Shown here: in pieces, positions 8,986 to 16,814 of the stretch
Position numbering within the stretch: the first letter of the stretch is position 1
Layout: the number at the start of each line of letters is the position of its first letter
Assembly: GCF_964030745.1 (NCBI RefSeq)
Contig: NZ_OZ034918.1
Span: 510,001-542,000, forward strand
DNA: 32,000 nt
Direction of reading: 5' to 3'
From: Candidatus Saccharimonadota bacterium
Lineage (GTDB): Bacteria > Bacteroidota > Bacteroidia > Cytophagales > Amoebophilaceae
Program-made: the position numbers and the translations under genes
The notes under the pieces: model-generated
The model's input: only the letters and a program-made list of their open reading frames with translations
Told to the model about the DNA's origin: nothing
Databases searched by the model: none

Positions 8986-9960
8986 ATGAAACATTATCTT
9001 TTGGTCTATATTAAGACAGTTTATTGGTTGACCTTGTGCTACCTTCCTTTAGAGGCTTGGTCTTGGGGGTTCTTTGCACACAAACAGATTCATCGGTGTG
9101 CTATAACCACCTTACCACCCACTATGTTTCCCTTTTATAAAGCACACCTTACCTTCTTAGTAGAAAAATCTATAACGCCGGATAAACGCAGATATGTAGT
9201 CAAAGATGAAGCATCAAAACACTTTATAGACCTTGAAGTCTACCATGCTAGCCAGGTGAAGGATCCAAAACTTTTGTTGCACCAGGCTGTAGCAAAACAT
9301 GGCGCTAAGGCAGTAGCAACACATGGCACGCTCCCTTGGGCGATACTAGATGTACAACAACAATTAACAAAAGCTTTCATAAGTAAAAATACAGCTAAAA
9401 TTCTACAATATTCAGCAGATTTAGGTCATTACATTGCTGATGCACACGTTCCTTTGCATACTACACAAAACTACAATGGGCAAATGACAGGTCAGGAGGG
9501 TATTCATGCTTTATGGGAGACAAGACTGCCTGTTGTATTTTTCGACACCTATAATCTTTTTGTAGGGCAGGCTGTTTATATCGAGGATCCATTAACCCAT
9601 ATATGGGATATTATACTACAGTCCCACGCCTTAGTGGCCAACCTACTGGATTTGGAAAAGCAACTTTCCAAGCAGTATCCGGCAAAATATAGTTTTGAAC
9701 AAGAAGGAAATCTATTAAAAAAACAATATTCCATTGCATTTTCTACTGCTTACCATCACGCCCTACAAGGGCAGGTTGAAGCCCGTTTGCAGCAATCCAT
9801 TAGGGCAGTAGGAAGTTTTTGGTTAACCGCTTGGGTCAACGCCGGCTCACCTAATTTGAATGATTTGCATACCGCCCCAATGGATCAAGATAAAGAAAAG
9901 CAGCTGCTCCAAGAAGGCATCATTTTAGAAGGCATTCGGGCATGTGGGGAGGAGCATTAG
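8986..9960 (+). CDS. zinc-dependent phospholipase C / S1-P1 nuclease-like superfamily protein
   Basis: Starting at ATG 8986 gives a signal peptide (MKHYLLVYIKTVYWLTLCYLPLEAWS) followed by WGFFAHKQIHRCAITTLPP, PDKRRYV, KHFIDLE and LGHYIADAHVPLHTT. These motifs are remembered from the Bacteroidota 'zinc dependent phospholipase C family protein' group. Confidence 0.7.
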   Translation: MKHYLLVYIKTVYWLTLCYLPLEAWSWGFFAHKQIHRCAITTLPPTMFPFYKAHLTFLVEKSITPDKRRYVVKDEASKHFIDLEVYHASQVKDPKLLLHQAVAKHGAKAVATHGTLPWAILDVQQQLTKAFISKNTAKILQYSADLGHYIADAHVPLHTTQNYNGQMTGQEGIHALWETRLPVVFFDTYNLFVGQAVYIEDPLTHIWDIILQSHALVANLLDLEKQLSKQYPAKYSFEQEGNLLKKQYSIAFSTAYHHALQGQVEARLQQSIRAVGSFWLTAWVNAGSPNLNDLHTAPMDQDKEKQLLQEGIILEGIRACGEEH

Positions 9961-10511
9961 TTTGTATTGCCATAGATTTGGCTGCTTTTTTGGTAGCATC
10001 GATCCATCAATAACCCTATACAGCATCCTACCATAGCACCTGACAAAACATCGAGTGGGTAGTGCATCCCACCATATATGCGTCCATATGAAACAATCGT
10101 AGCCCAAATAAAAAATAGCCCACTGAACTTGTAGTTGGTTTTAAAAATTCGCCAAAAAAGCATCGCAAAGGCATATGTATTGCTGGCATGAGATGATGGG
10201 AGCCCATATATACCGTTATATGTACCTACAAGATGCAGCTGGGACATAGCATAGCAGGGCCGATATCTTGCAAAAAGTGGTTTAAGCCATGTAGCAGAAC
10301 ATTGATCTGAGATGATAATGGTTAGAGAAAAAAGCATAACACCATGCCAACCCAATGTTTTTTTAAAAAAAGCTATAAGTAAAATATATAGAGGGATATA
10401 AAATAATGTACTGGTTATCAATTCAAAAAAAACATCTGTGGTCGAATGATGCCATTTATTAATCGCAAGAAACAGTATTTGGTCAAGTCTATAAACAATG
10501 GTATTGGTCAT
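9957..10511 (-). CDS. PAP2-family lipid phosphatase (membrane bound)
   Basis: All three acid-phosphatase motifs are present: KPLFARYRP (KX6RP), PSSHAS (PSGH) and GRIYGGMHYPLD (SRX5HX3D). Multiple TM segments. Confidence 0.85.
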   Translation of the reverse strand: MTNTIVYRLDQILFLAINKWHHSTTDVFFELITSTLFYIPLYILLIAFFKKTLGWHGVMLFSLTIIISDQCSATWLKPLFARYRPCYAMSQLHLVGTYNGIYGLPSSHASNTYAFAMLFWRIFKTNYKFSGLFFIWATIVSYGRIYGGMHYPLDVLSGAMVGCCIGLLMDRCYQKSSQIYGNTN

Positions 10512-10670
10512 GGGTAGATGGTTTGCTTAGTAGATAAAGATAATTAGAAAAGAGGATTAGACCGCTCACAAATCGGTTTTAACAGAGGTTTATTGTTTTT
10601 ATCATGTAAAATACCTAGAATGAAGTTTGCTCCAGCTTAGTAATGACTTTCTATATATCTATATCTATTT

Positions 10671-12128
10671 ATGCTATCCTTATATATACCACTTTTGATG
10701 GTGGCAGCTTTTTTATTATTTGAGTGGATTTTTGTATCCTGCTTGTCTATTATCCCCACTACATTTCGGGACTATAGTGTAAGCACCAAGCAGCATGACA
10801 CCCCTCTTTTGGTTTACATTTTACTATTTACTTTTTTTGAAAGTGGATTAATAGTACGTACCATACAAGAAGTGCATCACCTTGGTCTTCCTTGGATCAT
10901 TTTCGAATTTTTGAGTGGTTGCATACCCTTTTGGATTGTCAGTTGTTTGGCATTACGTATGGGCCCCTTTATGCATAACTTGTCTATGTCAGAGACAATA
11001 GGGAATGTCTATGGTAGATATCCGATGATTATTACATCATTATCCAATATTTGCTGCGCTACTGTGGTGGTCGCTATTCAAATGAATATCATCTCTTTAG
11101 CAATCAATATCTGTTTAGATTGGGTTGATCCAAGAATAGTGACTTTTTTGACCATTTTGCTCCTTGGTTGCTATACAGTCATTGGGCGGATGCGTGTGTT
11201 TAGCTTAACAAATATTGGGCAACTGGTTGCCTTTTTAATTACGCCCTTAATTTTGTCTTGTTGGATGTCTATGCGCATGGACGAGCCGCTCTTAGAACTA
11301 CTGGGTAGGTTATTTATGAGTCAAGCAAAAAATCATTTGAACAACCTATCCCATTCAGACTTTAATGCACCGGCCATCTTATCATTATTTTTGGCCAATC
11401 AAGTTTCCTGTATACAACCCTTGATGATGCAAAAAGTATATATGTCTTCTGATCACTTTCAAGCGCGCAGTGTCTTCTTCTATACTGGTATTTTTGGCGC
11501 TATTATGAAGTTTTTTATTTTACTATTTTCTTTGATTCTCCTTTCAGCTGCTCCAACGTTATCTTTAACAGAAATTTGGAGCTATATAGTAACCGGCATG
11601 CCACCCGCTTTAAAAGGGCTTGTCGCCATTAGCCTGCTTTCTGCAGCGATGTCTGTAGCGGACACTTATTTAAATACGCCTGCTGTCCTGTTTAGTCATG
11701 ATATAGTAGAAGGTATGATGGATCAAAAATGGATACCCTATCGTTATCAGATTCGATTGGCTAAACTAATAGCTTTGTTGATGGGGCTGGTTGCTATGTT
11801 ACTCAACACCCACTGCAGTGATTTAATGGAGTTATGCAAATTACATTTGGATTGTTTTATACCTATAGCAATCGCCCCTTTTATTTTAGCTGTTTTGGGT
11901 TTTCGTGGTACCTCCCGAACTGCTTTGATGGGTATGGCCGCAGGCATATTGGCTATTTGGAGCTGGAATAAATGGGTAGAGCCTATTACACACATCAATG
12001 GTGCTTTCCCTAGTATGGTAGCCAATTGTCTAGCTATGATGGTGGCCCATTATTTTTTTCCACGACCGAAGAAGGAGCTAAAGCAGACAAAACAATCAAA
12101 TGAAAACCATCAACCAAAGTTATATTAG
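10671..12128 (+). CDS. sodium/solute symporter (SSS/SLC5) family paralogue, stand-alone, with degenerate signature motifs
   Basis: 485 aa and polytopic. Collinear with residues 1-470 of the 13015..16608 product, for example LALRMGPFMHNLSMSETIGNVYGRYP vs LALRMGPFLKHLSMAETIGSIYGKYP, and IAPFILAVLGFRGTSRTALMGMA vs IAPFILAVFGFRGSARTALIGMA. Confidence 0.75.
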   Translation: MLSLYIPLLMVAAFLLFEWIFVSCLSIIPTTFRDYSVSTKQHDTPLLVYILLFTFFESGLIVRTIQEVHHLGLPWIIFEFLSGCIPFWIVSCLALRMGPFMHNLSMSETIGNVYGRYPMIITSLSNICCATVVVAIQMNIISLAINICLDWVDPRIVTFLTILLLGCYTVIGRMRVFSLTNIGQLVAFLITPLILSCWMSMRMDEPLLELLGRLFMSQAKNHLNNLSHSDFNAPAILSLFLANQVSCIQPLMMQKVYMSSDHFQARSVFFYTGIFGAIMKFFILLFSLILLSAAPTLSLTEIWSYIVTGMPPALKGLVAISLLSAAMSVADTYLNTPAVLFSHDIVEGMMDQKWIPYRYQIRLAKLIALLMGLVAMLLNTHCSDLMELCKLHLDCFIPIAIAPFILAVLGFRGTSRTALMGMAAGILAIWSWNKWVEPITHINGAFPSMVANCLAMMVAHYFFPRPKKELKQTKQSNENHQPKLY

Positions 12129-12176
12129 TAGAAAGGATAGCATTATACGTATAGCCATTTAAACCTAAACAAATCT

Positions 12177-12785
12177 ATGGAAGATGATTTTAAAAAAATA
12201 TTGCAAGGTTACAAAGCATTTAGAAATAAATATGTTGATGCTGATCCATCTATTATGCATAGTTTACATCGCAATGGACAACAGCCTAAAATTATGGTGA
12301 TCGCCTGTTGTGATGCTAGAGTAGATCCCGCTTTAATATTACAATGTGATCCGGGAGATTTATTTGTGGTGCGTAATGTAGCCAATATTGTACCTCCTTA
12401 TGAGCAAGACAAAGGACATCATGGCACAAGTGCTGCTTTAGAGTTTGGTATTTGTCTCCTTGACATAGCTCATTTAATTATACTGGGCCATAGCCAGTGT
12501 GGAGGAATAAAGGCTTTATTAGAAAATGGAGATGTAAAGCAAGATGATTTCATTACCAATTGGGTTTCTTTAATCAAAACGCCTAATTTTAAAAACCATC
12601 AAGCAGATGATTATGCTAAATTGTCCTTAGCGCAATCCTATGAAAACTGCATCACCTTTCCCTGGATTAAAGCAAGAACACAAACCGGAAAACTTACAAT
12701 TCATTTATGGTTCTTTGATATTCAAACAGGACAAATTTATACTTACACTAAGGATACCCAATCCTATCAAACACTATTGGTTTGA
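12177..12785 (+). CDS. beta-class carbonic anhydrase
   Basis: 202 aa. Zinc ligand motifs CCDARVDP and GHSQCGG at canonical spacing, and the length is typical of Can/CynT-type beta-CA. Confidence 0.92.
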   Translation: MEDDFKKILQGYKAFRNKYVDADPSIMHSLHRNGQQPKIMVIACCDARVDPALILQCDPGDLFVVRNVANIVPPYEQDKGHHGTSAALEFGICLLDIAHLIILGHSQCGGIKALLENGDVKQDDFITNWVSLIKTPNFKNHQADDYAKLSLAQSYENCITFPWIKARTQTGKLTIHLWFFDIQTGQIYTYTKDTQSYQTLLV

Positions 12786-13014
12786 TACATTTGATACAGC
12801 ATAGAAAAAAATAATAGATCCATTGTATATATTCAATATATACATATCTATATACAATCTATAAATTTTACACTCTAAATCAGAACAAAAAAAATTATTA
12901 CCAACCAACAACCAGTTCACTTACCTTTCTTTTTTTGATTTTCATATAAAAATTTGTACTATACAATTTGTGTTTCTTGTATAAATATTCTTCACTGATT
13001 TAACACTATGTTTT

Positions 13015-16000
13015 ATGACATGCTTTAACATACCACTGATTATAGTAGGGGCTTTTTTAGTATTAACCTTAGTAGTAGGCATCTATTTTAGTAGAAGAAA
13101 AACCACCTTTCGAGAACATGCTGTTGGGAATAAAGAGTTTGCTACAGCTACTCTAGTAGCCACGGTATTGGCTACTGCTTATAGTGGAGGAGGATTACTA
13201 CGTACTGTAGAATGTGTGTATAACCTTGGCCTGTGGTGGATAGTCATTACTTTTTTAACTTGCTTTGATGCATATCTTATTGGGAAATTAGCCTTACGAA
13301 TGGGGCCATTTTTGAAGCATCTCTCTATGGCAGAAACGATAGGTTCCATTTATGGTAAATATCCAAGGATTATGGTCGCCCTGGTTAGCGTGGTTGGCTC
13401 TGTAATTGCTATTACTATGCAGATTAGTGCAATGTCCAAGGCTATTACTATGTGTATAGATACAGCTGACGATCGTATGGCAGCTATCATCTCTACTTTA
13501 GTGCTTATTTTTTATTCCGCCTTTGGAGGTGTGCGTGCGGTTACCTTCACTGATGTATTACAGTTTATAACCTTTGCAATCATTATTCCGCTACTTGCTT
13601 GGTTTATGTTTATTAAAACTGGAAAGTCAACTGTAGAAATCATTTCATTTTTACATAACCATACTACTAAATTTCAATTTAGTAGCTTGTTTCAGTGTAA
13701 TAAGAAGCTTATGAGCATGTTGTCATTGATTCTATCTTTTTTAATAGCTCGCATGTACCCATCTATTATACAACGCGTCTACATGGCTTCCGGTCCACTC
13801 CAAGCTCAAAAAGTTTTTACTTATGTGACTATTTGTAGTGCCATTATATGGAGCTTTATACTCCTAGTAGGCGTATTGGCTTTTGTAGGAGCACCTAACT
13901 TAGTAGGTAAAGAGATCTGGATTTATATAGTGAATGGTGTGCCGCCTATCTTTAAATCGTTTCTGGCTATCAGCTTATTGGCTATGGCTATGTCTACAGC
14001 TGACTCTAATTTAAACTCCTCTGCGGTGATGATTAGCCATGACATCCTAAAGCATATAGGTAGAGGCAAAAAACTTGCCCAGGTTAACCAACTTAAGTTG
14101 GCCAAATGGGCCACATTAGTGATAGGGTTATTGGCCATGGTATTGACTTTTTACTGTAATGATTTATTGATATTGATGTACTGGGCCCTGAATTGCTATG
14201 TTCCGATAGTGATTGCTCCTTTTATCCTAGCTGTTTTTGGATTTCGAGGTAGTGCCCGTACCGCCTTAATCGGTATGGCTGTAGGTGTGCTGACGATTTT
14301 ATCCTGGAATAAGTGGGTCGAACCGTCTACATCCATGGATGGTTCCTTTATTGCTATGTTAGCCAATGCTTTAGCCATGATGGCTGCCCATTATTTATTG
14401 AAACAACCGAAAAATACTGGCTGGACTCGGCCTCAGCAGGATCATATGGTTCATCAAATGCAACAAGAAAATGCCCGTAAGCAAGCAGAACGAAAAGAAA
14501 CAATGAAAAACGCTTGGACCAATAAAAAAGATACCCTAGCTAAGTTACAACCCAAGCATGCCACGTTAACTTGCGTGGGATTCTATATTATCATCAGTAA
14601 TTTACTGGCTTATTTTATAGCCTCTATTACCGAGCATAGTGGTTGGCTTATCGCGCAGCTCTTAGTAGGCATTTGTTTTTTAGGGTATAGTACCTTTATA
14701 TCAGAAAAAACAAAACCGATTCAGGATTGGGTTATTGGCCTATTTTGGCTAATTGGCTTATCTTTCTGCTTTCCCATTAACGTGCTATGGCATTGGTGGC
14801 ATGGCACCAATCTATTCTTAACCCTAGGCTTATCTTTGGCCCATTTGGCAGTTGCCTTGTTGACGCTGCCACTATATCTGGGTGTGGGATTTTTAATGGT
14901 TACCCTATTCATGATGATCTACCTTAGTGCTATTTATTGTACCAAACCACTGGTGCTGGTATTGTCACCAGCAGGTGTGGTATTGCTACTGTTGCTCTGT
15001 TTGGGATTGGGCTTACTTATCTTTACCATTTTTGTTTACCTTAAAGCCAAGAATAATCGTTACGCCAACCAAGTAACCTACTTAAGGCGTAGAGAAAAAA
15101 TGCACACATCCCGTAAGTTCAAGGAATCGCTCTATAATTCAGCTATACTTGCTACTGCTGGCACCCAGCCTAACGGCAACGGTTCTATTTTAGCGAAAGT
15201 AGTAGGAAAAGTAGAGGAATCCATCTCCTTTTTAGATGACAACATGCCCCTTTATAAAAAGGATTTTCAAAGTATTATCAATAAGTTTTATGATTGGGTA
15301 GCCTATTTCAATAAAAAAGAAAAGGCCAAAGACCATGCATTGTTGCAGCCTACTAAAATTACCTTAGATAAACTGATTCGAAAAGTAGAGGTTGCGTTGT
15401 CTCAAGAGGTTACACACCGACCTAGGCTGTTTCTAGAGTGCATCAAGAAGGCTGGTGATCCGGTTGTTTCCTATATAGTATGTGATATCCATCAAGTAGT
15501 CTATTCCTTGGTTAAGGCTGTTTTACAAGTTGGTGGTAGGTTGGATGGAACCAACGCACCACTTATTCGTATACAGCTCCATGCCACCTCTTTGCGGTTT
15601 AAACAGGTTGATCCTTTTAATAATCGCCCTCCTTCTTGCATCTCGTTCGAAGCTATTGCGCTAGTGATAAGCGACCTTAGTATGCCTCCTGAAACACTTC
15701 CAACCATCAAAGCAGTCTACGATGATGTGGTAGATGGTATGGGCGTACAAAGCAAACAAGAAATGCCACCATCGTTAGACCTTCAGCGGGAAACAATAGC
15801 CAGTATTGTGGCTTCCCATTACGGTTATATGGAATATGGGGCTGATGCTAAGGAAAAAGCTATATTATTGGTATTGCCTACTGATGTCACAGCCATTCGT
15901 GATAAAATGATGATCAAACTACCTATAGATTACTTAACCTCCGAAACGCCTATCACCCCTAAGGAGCAAGCCGATTCAATGATGATCCTGATGCAGTTCC

Positions 16001-16608
16001 ATGACTATGTCTGTAAGTCTTCGCATCGATCAGATCCTATTGATGTAGCCACAATTTCTGGTTTGCTTTTATTATTGCGGAAACATTTTCGCTTTAGACG
16101 ACATAGCTCTGGCCAATTGTTTTATGTACGAGCGGTAGGCATTGCCGCATTGGTGGTAGAATGGTTTTTTCACTCCCCTAAAGTGATTTATGCTGCTTTA
16201 CTTTATGGATTGGTTCGTCGTACCTGTTTGCCTCTTTCTTACATCAAGGAACATTATAACTTGGGCGTTTATGCCTTTGTATTGAATGTAGTGGGTATAG
16301 ACAAACGGGAAAAGCTAGACCATCCTTCTTTGCTCTATGTTAAGAATCGTTTGAAGGAAGCGCTTAAGGAAGATCATGTACAGCTTTCCGTGCTCTTTAT
16401 AAAACTGGCTGAACGGCTCTATGATTTGCGCCATGCAGCAGGTTATATGTGCCTAACAGAGGTTAAGTATATGGCGCAAGAAACCTTAACCATAGATGTG
16501 CAGATAGCTCATACACACTTAGGCCCAGAGATAGGGATGGCATTAGAACAAGCAGCCAAACAGGCATTAGAAATTTGTAAAAGTAAGGAAGAAAAGGTGG
16601 TGAACTAA
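13015..16608 (+). CDS. multidomain membrane protein: SSS/SLC5 domain + extra TM block + degenerate histidine-kinase-like core + degenerate SpoT/Rel HD-like domain
   Basis: 1197-aa uninterrupted ORF. Residues 1-~470 form the SSS domain (GGVRAVTFTDVLQ signature). Residues ~470-515 form a charged helical linker and ~515-679 about six TM helices. Residues ~780-958 follow HATPase_c-like spacing and ~1022-1185 align with the Rel/SpoT hydrolase domain. See findings. Confidence 0.85.
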   Translation: MTCFNIPLIIVGAFLVLTLVVGIYFSRRKTTFREHAVGNKEFATATLVATVLATAYSGGGLLRTVECVYNLGLWWIVITFLTCFDAYLIGKLALRMGPFLKHLSMAETIGSIYGKYPRIMVALVSVVGSVIAITMQISAMSKAITMCIDTADDRMAAIISTLVLIFYSAFGGVRAVTFTDVLQFITFAIIIPLLAWFMFIKTGKSTVEIISFLHNHTTKFQFSSLFQCNKKLMSMLSLILSFLIARMYPSIIQRVYMASGPLQAQKVFTYVTICSAIIWSFILLVGVLAFVGAPNLVGKEIWIYIVNGVPPIFKSFLAISLLAMAMSTADSNLNSSAVMISHDILKHIGRGKKLAQVNQLKLAKWATLVIGLLAMVLTFYCNDLLILMYWALNCYVPIVIAPFILAVFGFRGSARTALIGMAVGVLTILSWNKWVEPSTSMDGSFIAMLANALAMMAAHYLLKQPKNTGWTRPQQDHMVHQMQQENARKQAERKETMKNAWTNKKDTLAKLQPKHATLTCVGFYIIISNLLAYFIASITEHSGWLIAQLLVGICFLGYSTFISEKTKPIQDWVIGLFWLIGLSFCFPINVLWHWWHGTNLFLTLGLSLAHLAVALLTLPLYLGVGFLMVTLFMMIYLSAIYCTKPLVLVLSPAGVVLLLLLCLGLGLLIFTIFVYLKAKNNRYANQVTYLRRREKMHTSRKFKESLYNSAILATAGTQPNGNGSILAKVVGKVEESISFLDDNMPLYKKDFQSIINKFYDWVAYFNKKEKAKDHALLQPTKITLDKLIRKVEVALSQEVTHRPRLFLECIKKAGDPVVSYIVCDIHQVVYSLVKAVLQVGGRLDGTNAPLIRIQLHATSLRFKQVDPFNNRPPSCISFEAIALVISDLSMPPETLPTIKAVYDDVVDGMGVQSKQEMPPSLDLQRETIASIVASHYGYMEYGADAKEKAILLVLPTDVTAIRDKMMIKLPIDYLTSETPITPKEQADSMMILMQFHDYVCKSSHRSDPIDVATISGLLLLLRKHFRFRRHSSGQLFYVRAVGIAALVVEWFFHSPKVIYAALLYGLVRRTCLPLSYIKEHYNLGVYAFVLNVVGIDKREKLDHPSLLYVKNRLKEALKEDHVQLSVLFIKLAERLYDLRHAAGYMCLTEVKYMAQETLTIDVQIAHTHLGPEIGMALEQAAKQALEICKSKEEKVVN

Positions 16609-16640
16609 TCTTATTGGTATCCATTCACGCCTCTGGCTGG

Positions 16641-16814
16641 CCGCCTTATCTCCTTCGATAAAAAGTCTGGCCCGATAGTAAATAGCTGAATCGATACATT
16701 TTTCAGCGGGAAAATCGTGAACTCAGCCCGCAAGCGGGCTTCAAACAGACGATTTTCTAATCCGCTGAAAAAATATATCGCTCAGGTGTTAGTGTTTTAC
16801 TAGAGCGCCATTTT
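16641..16814. repeat. long imperfect palindromic intergenic element (left arm, central hairpin, part of right arm), interrupted by the IS
   Basis: Central hairpin 16691..16780: cgatacatttttcagcgg...gcccgc aa gcgggc...ccgctgaaaaaatatatcg. The outer arm tctccttcgataaaaa (16649..16664) matches the reverse complement of 18123..18138 at 15/16 positions. Confidence 0.7.

Noticed and set aside
11747-12025. Antisense ORF similar to another antisense ORF at 14196..14378 (both contain GSTHLFQ...AIPIKAVR...PKTA.IKGAI)
   Set aside because: The similarity follows from the strongly conserved sense-strand C-terminal region of the two symporter paralogues. There is no independent evidence for antisense coding.
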